Made by a program: the position numbers and the translations under genes. A stretch of DNA of 64,000 nt from contig JBAXUE010000005.1 of NCBI GenBank assembly GCA_037129835.1, positions 13,975 to 77,974 of the forward strand, read 5' to 3'. The DNA is from a bacterium (lineage in GTDB: Bacteria; Patescibacteriota; CPR2; UBA1875; CAIMLA01). Shown in pieces: positions 1 to 8,850 of this stretch. Position 1 is the stretch's first letter, and the number at the start of each line of letters is the position of its first letter. Below the pieces are notes generated by a model, which worked only from the letters and a program-made list of their open reading frames with translations, made no database searches and was not told where the DNA came from.

Positions 1-504
1 TTCGATTAATTCACCGGCCGCTGTGTAAGTAAAAGTACGCAAAGGATTAATACTATCACCTGATAGGTCCTTGGTGATGTTACTAGATTTACCGGCTCTA
101 TAGAGATAGGCTTCCGCCTTGCCAGTCTGTGTTACGTAAATAACGCTATCAGAGATAACTGCAAGTACTGCATTGATGTTATTAAGCCAGCCGATATTTC
201 CCTGATGGGTAATTTCTGCTAAGCTTTCGTTTATCTTGGTAAGAGCAATTTCAAAACTAGACATAGGGTCTCTGTTTAGATCGAGGTAAAATTCACTGTG
301 GAAGGCGTCTGTGATAACCTCTGCGACTTCTTCAGCACTTTCAGACGAAGCTTTCACATTTATTAATGCATAAATAGAGCCATGATTTCTCTCATCGCCA
401 TCGTTTGGAATATGTTCGTAAGCAACCGCGATACCTTGGTGCTTGCGACCTCTTTTTGATTCGCTAAGAATCTTTGCAGTTCTAGCGATTAGTTTTTTTC
501 GCAT
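1..504 (-). CDS. Conserved hypothetical protein, N-terminal part (PP2C-like N-domain suspected); runs off window
   Basis: Not in ORF track. ATG at 504 on minus strand, open 168 codons to the window edge (MRKKLIARTAKILSESKRGRKHQGIAVAYEH...FHSEFYLDLNRDPMSSFEIALTKINESL...IYVTQTGKAEAYLYR). Domain call is from memory of CPR proteins. Confidence 0.75.
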   Translation of the reverse strand, partial: MRKKLIARTAKILSESKRGRKHQGIAVAYEHIPNDGDERNHGSIYALINVKASSESAEEVAEVITDAFHSEFYLDLNRDPMSSFEIALTKINESLAEITHQGNIGWLNNINAVLAVISDSVIYVTQTGKAEAYLYRAGKSSNITKDLSGDSINPLRTFTYTAAGELIE

Positions 505-671
505 TAGTAAGGCCTTAATACTTGTCAAACTATAACATTTTTATATGTGTTTGACAAATATTTATTAACTTTTAATTAATTCTATTGCCTCTTTGAATAT
601 TGAGTGTAAGATGATGTCACGAAGGTGTCATTCCTTAGTTCCTACTAGATGATCCGGGAAGGGAGATCACG

Positions 672-1535
672 ATGAAAGAGGTAAATCTCTGCGTCGATGG
701 TGTTCGAATCCTGGCGAGCAGTCAGGGGGTCAAAATAGAATCCGTCAAGGATTCAACCAAATATTTTCATCTGGATTACGATTGGATTACGTTGCTTGTG
801 GTCAACGAAGAAATAGTTGACCGCTTTCTCAGGGCCGTCGATGATGGCCTAGCGACAACGCTGTATCTCGGATATGAGCCAAGCGAAAAAGAGCTCAAGG
901 AAGGGATTCTGCCAGAAACTCCGATGCTTACCTTGCATGTCTGCAAGGATAAGACGTGGAGATTCGGCTTCGTCGATCGACCTAGTCGAAAGATGTCGCG
1001 ACGAAGGCAATGGTTGAGAGTAGATGGAATGCGGTTTTTCAGCATTCTCTTTGCTGCCATCGGCTATCGCTACGAGAACACTGTAGTCGACACTGAAACA
1101 GCGAAGCTCAGTCAGATGTTTTGGATTGTCACCGGCCATCATAGTGATCCGGCGATGGAGTACGTCATCAACCCGCGGGCAATGCTCTTTGAGTATTCTC
1201 CGGGAGACAAGATCGCTATTCAGCGCGACAAGGGCGACTTCTGGGAAAACATCGCAGATCTTTGCGAGGTTATCACGGACAGTGATATTTCAAGTTCGGT
1301 CATGGATTACCAACCGGACGAAGAACTCTCTACAAGCACTGTCAATGTCGTTAAGATAAGCGACAGTGTTCTCAGTATTGAGCTTTTGGATGGCGACTTC
1401 CTTTGGGACTCGATTGAGTTTCCCATCGAGTCCTTGCAGATGTTCAATGTGATAAAGCCGAGGTTTTGGCCTCAGTCGAGCGGATCTACTGTCACCTTCA
1501 GCTTCATTGACGAAGATGACGACGACTCAATCTAG
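672..1535 (+). CDS. Hypothetical protein (GC-richer cassette)
   Basis: 287-aa ORF, SD GGGAG upstream, acidic C-terminus, no recognised motif. Confidence 0.75.
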   Translation: MKEVNLCVDGVRILASSQGVKIESVKDSTKYFHLDYDWITLLVVNEEIVDRFLRAVDDGLATTLYLGYEPSEKELKEGILPETPMLTLHVCKDKTWRFGFVDRPSRKMSRRRQWLRVDGMRFFSILFAAIGYRYENTVVDTETAKLSQMFWIVTGHHSDPAMEYVINPRAMLFEYSPGDKIAIQRDKGDFWENIADLCEVITDSDISSSVMDYQPDEELSTSTVNVVKISDSVLSIELLDGDFLWDSIEFPIESLQMFNVIKPRFWPQSSGSTVTFSFIDEDDDDSI

Positions 1536-1583
1536 AGAGGGGGTATCTACTTTTGTAAAAGTTGCGTCACTCTGAAGGGGGAG

Positions 1584-1811
1584 GTGTTTCGGTTGGATTC
1601 CACGTATAATCTGGTTCTGTTCGGTTCGTTTTTACTGTTTCTGGCCGTTGTGACCGTCGGTATCACTCTGCTTTTCAAGCGGAGTGAGAGGTGCAGCGAG
1701 ATCGAAGGCGACTTCGATCAGCTCTATCCGGCCGATCTGGACGATGTTGAGGACCAGTTGTCACCAATGGCGGCTTTTATGCCGGCGGTATCTACTAGCC
1801 CTCATCGCTAG
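1584..1811 (+). CDS. Small single-TM hypothetical protein
   Basis: G-rich SD upstream; hydrophobic LVLFGSFLLFLAVVTVGITLLF. Confidence 0.55.
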   Translation: MFRLDSTYNLVLFGSFLLFLAVVTVGITLLFKRSERCSEIEGDFDQLYPADLDDVEDQLSPMAAFMPAVSTSPHR

Positions 1812-1853
1812 GTCTGTAACATTCATTCTTGCCTCGCGAAAGGAGGTAATACG

Positions 1854-1892
1854 CCCGGGATATCGCGTTAGCGGTACCCGGGTTTTGGTTTT
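1854..1892 (+). terminator. Putative intrinsic terminator
   Basis: CCCGGGATATCGC-GTTA-GCGGTACCCGGG hairpin followed by T-rich run. Confidence 0.65.
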
Positions 1893-1933
1893 GTATACTA
1901 GTTTTGTATATCAAAAAATACTAGAATATTATT

Positions 1934-2302
1934 ATGAATTATTATCGTTCGAACGAAGTGATAATTAAAACTTCGGACAATAGTTCTCGGCCGTACACTC
2001 GAACAATAACAAAAAGACAACACCCTAATTATTGTTCGAACGAAGTGAGAACTAAAAAATGGCATTGGTATGTCTACATTTTGGAATGTCTAGACGGTCT
2101 TTATTACACTGGAATGACATGGAACGTTGAAAATCGATTGGAACAACATTCTCTGGGTTTCGGCTCTAAGTTTACATCCAAACATGGGTTTAGGCAGATT
2201 CGGTATGTTGAAGAATTTTCAGATATTACTTCTGCTCGGGAAAGAGAAGTCCAACTAAAAGACTTTAGTCGTAAAAAGAAAGAAGGACTTTGGAATAATT
2301 AA
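1934..2302 (+). CDS. GIY-YIG nuclease family protein (YhbQ-like); N-terminal ~40 aa encoded by repeats
   Basis: WYVYILEC.DG.YYTGMT...RLEQH..G.GSKFT...A.EREVQLK motifs. Confidence 0.9.
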   Translation: MNYYRSNEVIIKTSDNSSRPYTRTITKRQHPNYCSNEVRTKKWHWYVYILECLDGLYYTGMTWNVENRLEQHSLGFGSKFTSKHGFRQIRYVEEFSDITSAREREVQLKDFSRKKKEGLWNN

Positions 2303-2366
2303 GGAGTAGTTCTCAGCCGCATACTAGAACAATAATATATTTATCGTTCGAACTACGTGAGAACTA
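1942..2366. repeat. Family A repeats TTATYGTTCGA-(hairpin)-GAGAACTA, five copies around the GIY-YIG gene
   Basis: Copies at 1942-1967(+), 1981-2009(-), 2029-2054(+), 2307-2335(-), 2341-2366(+). Confidence 0.85.
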
Positions 2367-2373
2367 AATCAGA

Positions 2374-2634
2374 ATGACGAGAAACATGTACACAGATATA
2401 AATAAAAAAATAAAAGTAATCGCGTTGTTTGAAAATGGGAAAATAATTCCCAAGATTTTTAGGTGGCAAAATCGTGATTACAAAATCAAAGAGATCAGCT
2501 TGGCTTATCAGGAGAGAGAAGGTCGGTCGATAAATTATTTTTTCGGCGTTGAGACTGAGGACGGCAACGTTATGAAGCTTCGCTACAATGACGAGAAGCT
2601 TACTTGGTGGCTGCTAGAGACTTGGGTAGACTAA
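2374..2634 (+). CDS. Small beta-rich protein resembling DUF6504 / ImuB C-terminal-like domain
   Basis: P..FRWQNRDYKI...W/Y...YFFGVET...LRYND...WWL pattern. Confidence 0.65.
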   Translation: MTRNMYTDINKKIKVIALFENGKIIPKIFRWQNRDYKIKEISLAYQEREGRSINYFFGVETEDGNVMKLRYNDEKLTWWLLETWVD

Positions 2635-2664
2635 TACTTTAAAATTCTTTGTAGCTCGTATATC

Positions 2665-3972
2665 ATGACTTGTATGGATCCATTAATTTATCAAAAAGTA
2701 GGTACGGAAAAAGATAAGACATATTTCTTAACATCTTTGACTAATCGGTTTGATTTTGTTACTGACATGTTTCGCAAAGAGCTAGAGATTAGGTACGGTG
2801 GCTTGTTTGAGCCTATATATATTTATCAAAATTATCCAGCACCCAAATACGAAAAAAATAATTACATAGTCGTTAATGGGAAATTGGGAAACAAAAAATC
2901 GTTTATAGTTGGCGAAGAATATGAAGATCTTAATATCTACTTAAGTAACTCACGGCAATTTAGTTTTTTAATTGATAATATCTTGACGAATCAAGACAAA
3001 ATATTTATGGTTGGTTTCACTAATTCTTTTCTAAACATCGATTGCGATAAGATTATATATGTTGGCCCGAAACCTAAAATAGCCACATATTTTGATAATA
3101 AACTGGAGCAATTGAAGCTATTTCAAAAAATTGGTGTTAGCCATCCACAATTTCGGTTTTATGACGATATTAATCAATTGGAAAAAGAAAAATTTCCTTT
3201 ATATCTAACTTCTTGTTTTTCTAGCGGTGGAATTGAATCTGGTTTAATAAATAACTACCATGAGGCAAAAAAATTTGTTTCTACTTGGCGTGAATATACC
3301 AAAGATAAAATAATAGTAACCGAGCTTATAGATGGGGCAGAATACTTTCCTAATTCGGTAGCAATTGTTGATAAAGAAAAGGCAGTATCACTTATAGTTT
3401 CTGACCAGATTTTATCTGGGAATGCCTATATTGGAAATATTTTTCCTAGTAAGCTCTCAAGAGAAGTTGTATCGAATATACATAAAATGACTGAGAAAAT
3501 TGGCGAACACCTAAGACTACAAGGATATCGAGGTATGTTTGGGTGTGATTTTATTGTCAAGGGTGAAGAAATTACTGTTCATGATTTAAACCCTCGTCAC
3601 CAAGGGGGTTATTTGATTAATAATCTTCAATATATACATAATGAATTAGTGAGGGCAGAAATATCGACCAGCCTAGATGAAGTAGTTTTAATCGAGAGAA
3701 AAAAGGTAACGTCTGCATATTTCCTGGCTCATATTAAGGTTAAGCTCCATGACAGAAAAGAGCACGTGCTTCTTAGTGAAGTTAATATTAATTCTGAAAA
3801 TACACCAACCACTGAAATTGGTAAAGAATATATGACGTCATTCTATAAACAGGGCTATAAGATCCAAGATACCTATCCAGGATATCTGATAAAATCCGGA
3901 AATAATTATGAGAGCCTAATCGATGAAATAAAAAAAGATGCCGAAAGGCACTTAAATGAGTTGGTGGATTAA
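2665..3972 (+). CDS. ATP-grasp domain protein
   Basis: FDNKLEQLKLFQKIGV.HP, SSGG, GYRGMFGCDFIV...HDLNPRHQG. Confidence 0.8.
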   Translation: MTCMDPLIYQKVGTEKDKTYFLTSLTNRFDFVTDMFRKELEIRYGGLFEPIYIYQNYPAPKYEKNNYIVVNGKLGNKKSFIVGEEYEDLNIYLSNSRQFSFLIDNILTNQDKIFMVGFTNSFLNIDCDKIIYVGPKPKIATYFDNKLEQLKLFQKIGVSHPQFRFYDDINQLEKEKFPLYLTSCFSSGGIESGLINNYHEAKKFVSTWREYTKDKIIVTELIDGAEYFPNSVAIVDKEKAVSLIVSDQILSGNAYIGNIFPSKLSREVVSNIHKMTEKIGEHLRLQGYRGMFGCDFIVKGEEITVHDLNPRHQGGYLINNLQYIHNELVRAEISTSLDEVVLIERKKVTSAYFLAHIKVKLHDRKEHVLLSEVNINSENTPTTEIGKEYMTSFYKQGYKIQDTYPGYLIKSGNNYESLIDEIKKDAERHLNELVD

Positions 3973-3975
3973 TAA

Positions 3976-4317
3976 ATGAGTATTTGGAAAAATCATCGCA
4001 AAGAACCATATTATACCTTTGTAAAAAATGGTCAAAAGACCGTAGAGGGTCGTTTGATTAAAGGTAAATATGCAGAGATGAATGTCGGAGATCATATTGT
4101 CGTCCAAAAAGAGGACGAGAGCGAAAGCTTTGAAGTTGAGATTACTGCTCTTAATAAATATTTAACCTTCCGCGATATGCTCATGAGTGAAGGACTTACA
4201 AATGTTCTGCCTGACGCTGGTGACGTAGATGACGGTGTTTCTATTTATCGCCAGTTTTATACCAAAGAACAAGAAGTAGAATATGGTGTTATTGCGATAA
4301 AAGTTATCTTAGTTTAA
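3976..4317 (+). CDS. ASCH domain protein (ProFAR isomerase-like subfamily)
   Basis: YYTFVKNGQKTVEGRL...GD.I; IYRQFYTKEQEVEYGVIAI. Confidence 0.88.
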   Translation: MSIWKNHRKEPYYTFVKNGQKTVEGRLIKGKYAEMNVGDHIVVQKEDESESFEVEITALNKYLTFRDMLMSEGLTNVLPDAGDVDDGVSIYRQFYTKEQEVEYGVIAIKVILV

Positions 4318-4372
4318 TTGTTTTGTTTTAATACATTTGTTATTATCAAATAGTAATAATAAGGAGATAGAT

Positions 4373-4906
4373 ATGCCACCAGAGAATCCGTTTGACCCAT
4401 CGCAACAAACCGCGGAAGCGGATGAGAAAAAAATAAAACAACAGGCACAAATTGATGAAATGGCTAGTGACCTCCATGAGGAATGGAGAGCTCCACGGAA
4501 ACAGGAAGACGGTACTTATGAGCCAAGAATGAAAGAAACCCGTGATCAGGCTTGGATTGAGAGAACTGGAGCTGAAACACGTCTTGATGATCGGGGTCGA
4601 GTTACATCAGAAGTTGATATAGCCAATACGGAATACAAAGATTTGCCAAGCGAATGGCAGGCGGAAAATAAAGTTTCTGCGGAAGTCTCCTTGGATTTGG
4701 TAAATATTGCAATTGAAGCTGGGAAGCCCCTTGACGAGGGACTTATCGAGGATGTGAGCGCCGTAGTTCACGAAAAGTGGTTAGAAAGAAATGGTGAATG
4801 GGCACCCGAGGAACAGAAAAAGCCTTATTCTGAATTGTCTGAGGAAGAAAAAGAAAAAGACAGAATCTTCATTCGAAAAGCGATTACAATAGCGACAAAA
4901 GAATAA
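4373..4906 (+). CDS. Protein with two RyR-like (ryanodine receptor repeat) domains
   Basis: ASDLHEEWR...EYKDLPSEWQAEN and SAVVHEKWL...KPYSELSEEEKEKDR; start placed at ATG 4373 after SD AAGGAG. Confidence 0.7.
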   Translation: MPPENPFDPSQQTAEADEKKIKQQAQIDEMASDLHEEWRAPRKQEDGTYEPRMKETRDQAWIERTGAETRLDDRGRVTSEVDIANTEYKDLPSEWQAENKVSAEVSLDLVNIAIEAGKPLDEGLIEDVSAVVHEKWLERNGEWAPEEQKKPYSELSEEEKEKDRIFIRKAITIATKE

Positions 4907-4938
4907 GTTACTGTAATTATTATAAATTGTGTTTACTA

Positions 4939-4971
4939 GAAAATTCTCGCATAAAAAACGAGAATTTTTTT
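4939..4971 (+). terminator. Putative intrinsic terminator
   Basis: GAAAATTCTCG / CGAGAATTTTT stem plus T tract. Confidence 0.6.
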
Positions 4972-5164
4972 ATGAGAACGATACTTCTTATAGACATGAA
5001 CCCCTACCTTGCTACCCGTTGACTGGGGCTGAGAGATTTGGTAGTGGTTTATTATTAAGGTTACTTTTATAGACACAAATGGTAAACGGTGTTAGATTAA
5101 CCATTGCAGTGAATGTTAGTATCTTGAAAACTTTTTTCTTATCCGAACAACCCTAGGAGGGTTT

Positions 5165-7492
5165 ATGTCTGACAAGCTTCCGATCGACGCTTATGAGAAA
5201 GAAATCAAGGAAGCAGTCATGGCCCATCAGGTTGTGATTGTTGAAAGTCCTACTGGCTCAGGCAAGACGACTCGTATTCCTCGCTTTTTGTTAGGGATAG
5301 AGGGTCTGTCAAGTCTGGGCATGATCGGCGTTACGGAGCCAAGGAAAAACGCCACGACCTGGGTAGCACATTTTGTAGCTACTGAGCTCGGGGTGGAAGT
5401 TGGCGAAGAGGTGGGTCATCAGATCCGTTTCAATCGTAGGGTCGGTCCTCAGACGAAGATCAAGTTCATGACAGATGGAATACTACTACGAGAGATTCAG
5501 GAGGATCGTTTTCTCCGGGCCTATTCTGCAATCGTTGTAGATGAGGCTCATGAGAGAAGTCAGAATATCGACTTCATCTTGGGATTGCTGAAAAGCGTTC
5601 TGGTGAAGCGCCTTGACCTCAAGGTCATCGTGACGTCTGCCACTATCGACACAAAGAAGTTTTCGAACTTCTTCGACGGGGCACCGGTCATCAAGGTTCC
5701 GGGGCGTCTCTATCCGGTAGAAGTAATCTATCGGCCGGTGACACTGCCCCAGGACAAGCAGAAGTGGTCGGAAACATACACCACTGCTGCTGCAAGGCTG
5801 GTTCGTGAAATACACCAGCATCAGGCGAAAGGTGATATCCTCGTCTTTATGCCAGGTCTGGATGACATCAACTTGACGATAACCACGCTCGAGGAGATGA
5901 AACTAGCGGGGCTGGAAATCTTCTCTGCTCATAGTGATATGTCAGCAGAAGATATGAACAGGATTCACGAAGACTATCCAGGACGACGAAAAGTAATTGT
6001 TGGAACCAACATCCTGGAGACAAGTGTCACAGTTGACGGACTGGTCTACGAGATAGACTCTGGCTTTGTGAAGCTGGCAGGATACGATACTCTTTTGGGT
6101 CTCGCCTCTCTAATCAGAGTCGAACATTCCCAAATGGGTTGTCTGCAACGTACCGGACGAGTGGGTCGAACCCAAGCCGGTTACTGCTATCGCCTCTTCT
6201 CAGAAGCAAATTTCCTCGCAAGACAGATACACACTTTGCCCGAGATTCTCCGTACGGAGTTGGCTTCTGTGTTACTGTCGATGAAGTCTCTCGGGATACA
6301 CAATGTACGCAAGTTTGATTTTGTAGATTCACCAGACAAAGTGTCTCTACAAATCGCTCACAAGACTCTGGCGAGACTCGGAGCTATACAGCTAGGGGGT
6401 AATCTGACAACTGTCGGAACCCTCATGGCGAAGCTACCTGTCGAACCTCAGTCAAGTGCCATGATCATCGCTGGCGATGCACGTGGCTGCCTTGATGAGA
6501 TATTGACCGTGGTCGCTTTTAGATCACTTGGCCGATTGTTTCATCGTCCCAGGGGAAAAGAAGAACAGGCAGACAAGGCCAAGCAACAGTTCGTTGTTCA
6601 AGGCTCAGACTACCTTACTTCGCTCAAAGTCTGGAATCACTTCCTCGTAAACCACAAAAGTCGCATCTGGGCCAGAGATCATTTTCTCAACTACCATCTC
6701 CTGTGTGAGGTGGGGTTGCTGCGAGAGCAGCTGACCAAGGAGCTGATAGCAAGTGGCTTCGAGATCACGAGTAACCCAGACCCGATACAGATTGCCAAGT
6801 GCATTACCGTAGGTCTCATCGAGAACGTCTGTAAACGTAACGGGTCAAAGAGCTTTAGGTACACAAACGGGACGAATGGTTTATACGTCTTCCCGGGATC
6901 GGTGGTTTGGGGGAGTAATCCTCGTATGTTCGTCTGTAATCAGATCCGCAACAATGGCTCTAAGTCATATGGTGTGGACTGTCAGGCGATAAAACCCGAG
7001 TGGCTCTATGAAGTCGCTTCACACCTCTGTACTAATGTGATAGAGGCAGGAGGAATAACTTACGACACAGTGGCAAATGCCTATACTGTGACAAGTAGGG
7101 TACATTTCGATGGACTGGGGCGTATTTGTAGTCTTGAAACTACAAGCTACCCAGGAGATCCGGATCACCAGAAGCTACGGCGTCTCTATGCAAGAGATAT
7201 AGCCTGGGAGAGTTTTCTGGGCGCTTATCCCGAAATGCTGGTTTTCCCAGGTTCAAGTAAGGACTTCGACGTAGGCGATCCGCAAGTGATCATAGAGACT
7301 GATTCTAGTCTCGAGCACCCGTGTATCGAGGTTCTCGGTTACCCGTATGTTCGTCAAGAACTTCATCCTGACGGATCTACAAAATATCTTCAGGGTTTCA
7401 CCAAGTATGAGCCGACGGCAACAGAATATACCCGTCTTGCCAAGAAGGCTTGGGAACTCTCAGAATCGCCACGGGCGAATAAAGTCGGATAA
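5165..7492 (+). CDS. DEAH-box ATP-dependent RNA helicase, HrpA family, divergent C-terminus
   Basis: PTGSGKTT, TEPR, MTDGILL, DEAHER, SAT, TNILETSVT, QRTGRVGR, HA2/OB region; SD AGGAGG. Confidence 0.92.
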   Translation: MSDKLPIDAYEKEIKEAVMAHQVVIVESPTGSGKTTRIPRFLLGIEGLSSLGMIGVTEPRKNATTWVAHFVATELGVEVGEEVGHQIRFNRRVGPQTKIKFMTDGILLREIQEDRFLRAYSAIVVDEAHERSQNIDFILGLLKSVLVKRLDLKVIVTSATIDTKKFSNFFDGAPVIKVPGRLYPVEVIYRPVTLPQDKQKWSETYTTAAARLVREIHQHQAKGDILVFMPGLDDINLTITTLEEMKLAGLEIFSAHSDMSAEDMNRIHEDYPGRRKVIVGTNILETSVTVDGLVYEIDSGFVKLAGYDTLLGLASLIRVEHSQMGCLQRTGRVGRTQAGYCYRLFSEANFLARQIHTLPEILRTELASVLLSMKSLGIHNVRKFDFVDSPDKVSLQIAHKTLARLGAIQLGGNLTTVGTLMAKLPVEPQSSAMIIAGDARGCLDEILTVVAFRSLGRLFHRPRGKEEQADKAKQQFVVQGSDYLTSLKVWNHFLVNHKSRIWARDHFLNYHLLCEVGLLREQLTKELIASGFEITSNPDPIQIAKCITVGLIENVCKRNGSKSFRYTNGTNGLYVFPGSVVWGSNPRMFVCNQIRNNGSKSYGVDCQAIKPEWLYEVASHLCTNVIEAGGITYDTVANAYTVTSRVHFDGLGRICSLETTSYPGDPDHQKLRRLYARDIAWESFLGAYPEMLVFPGSSKDFDVGDPQVIIETDSSLEHPCIEVLGYPYVRQELHPDGSTKYLQGFTKYEPTATEYTRLAKKAWELSESPRANKVG

Positions 7493-7507
7493 GAAAGGAG
7501 TACATGA

Positions 7508-7545
7508 ACGGTGGGGTCCTCTATGGGCCCCGCCGTTTTTCTTTT
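7508..7545 (+). terminator. Putative intrinsic terminator
   Basis: ACGGTGGGGTCC-TCTAT-GGGCCCCGCCGT then TTTTCTTTT. Confidence 0.75.
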
Positions 7546-7586
7546 GTATACTAATATTGTCAACGTACGTATATTACAATATCTCT

Positions 7587-8798
7587 ATGAGACAAATATT
7601 ACATATAGATATGAACTCTTACTTTGCGACGGTCGAGCAACAAGCGAATCCCAAACTTCGTGGTAAGCCAGTGGCAGTTCTCGGGAGTAAAGCAAAAAGG
7701 ACGATAATAGTAGCGGCCAGTGTAGAAGCGAAGAAATTTGGAGTCAAAACCGGTACCAAAATAGAAGATGCTCCGAAGCTTTGCCCTGATATTATATTTG
7801 TTCACGGGGAACAACGAAAATATTCTTGGGTTACGAAAAAGTTTATTGAAATCTTTGAAGATTATACTGATAAGGTGGAGATTTTTTCAATAGACGAAGC
7901 ATTTTTAGATGTAACGGCTACGGAAAAGATATACGGCGGCGTCGAGATAATAGCAAAAGAGATAAAGCGTAGAATCAAAAAAGAAATCGGTGAATATATT
8001 ACTTGTTCTGTCGGTATTTCTCACAATAAGTTTCTAGCAAAGACTGGTAGCGACCTCAAAAAACCAGACGGACTTACCATTATTAACATGGAGAATAAAG
8101 ATGAGATATTGCTTTCACTTCCACTCCATGAATTTTGTGGTATTGGTAGAAGGATCCGGTCTCGCTTATCTATGCTAGGAGTCGAAAATACTCAGCAACT
8201 TCGTGACTATTCCAACATACTTCTAAATAAAGAATTTGGTATTGCTACAGGCGAAAAATTGAAGAGAATGGCGCATGGTATGGATAGTTCACCGGTGATT
8301 TCTCGGCACGATAGGGCTGACGCGAAGTCATATGGACACTCAAGAACCCTGAATAAAAACGTCACCGATAGAAATGAGATAAGAAAGCACATTCTCTTAC
8401 TTTCAGAAAAGATAGGCACTAGGATGCGTAAAGACGGTATGATGGGCCGCGAGGTGGGTATCTGGCTTCGATACGGAGACTTTGGAGGATCAGGTGAACG
8501 ACATCGCGGTGGTAAGTGGACCCATGACGAACTAGAAATATATGATTCAGCTTCAAAAATACTAGCTAAAATCAAACTACGAGCACCTGTTCGGGCTATC
8601 GGGGTCTATATTTCGCAGGTACAGAGGAATAACCATGTATCTACTAGTCTTTTGGATGACGATAAAATAAACGACAAAATACTTGCCACTATGGATGCAG
8701 TGAATAATAGATTTGGCGAATCCGTGGTAACTCGTGCTCGTCTTGCTGGCACTAAGTTAAAAGTGATAGTTTCTGGAATGGGAAGAGATAAGTTCTGA
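7587..8798 (+). CDS. dinB: DNA polymerase IV (Y family)
   Basis: ILHIDMNSYFATVEQ, SIDEAFLD, KPDG; start moved to ATG 7587 because the longer track ORF overlaps the helicase and its terminator. Confidence 0.93.
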   Translation: MRQILHIDMNSYFATVEQQANPKLRGKPVAVLGSKAKRTIIVAASVEAKKFGVKTGTKIEDAPKLCPDIIFVHGEQRKYSWVTKKFIEIFEDYTDKVEIFSIDEAFLDVTATEKIYGGVEIIAKEIKRRIKKEIGEYITCSVGISHNKFLAKTGSDLKKPDGLTIINMENKDEILLSLPLHEFCGIGRRIRSRLSMLGVENTQQLRDYSNILLNKEFGIATGEKLKRMAHGMDSSPVISRHDRADAKSYGHSRTLNKNVTDRNEIRKHILLLSEKIGTRMRKDGMMGREVGIWLRYGDFGGSGERHRGGKWTHDELEIYDSASKILAKIKLRAPVRAIGVYISQVQRNNHVSTSLLDDDKINDKILATMDAVNNRFGESVVTRARLAGTKLKVIVSGMGRDKF

Positions 8799-8850
8799 CG
8801 ATAAAATAAATTATTAGCTCAAAATCATTCTGTTTGCTAGAATTAGTAAG

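Noticed and set aside
1942-2366. CRISPR array or LexA GAAC-N7-GAAC boxes
   Set aside because: Copies alternate in orientation with irregular spacing and there are no cas genes. The GAAC spacing varies in other copies while the outer termini stay fixed, as expected for REP-like elements.
5025-5036. TPP riboswitch (GGGGCTGAGAG)
   Set aside because: The downstream CCTGA...AATGC...GGA core is absent and no thiamine gene follows.
7347-7586. N-terminal extension of DinB in the ORF track
   Set aside because: It overlaps the helicase end and its terminator; DinB homology starts at MRQILHID.
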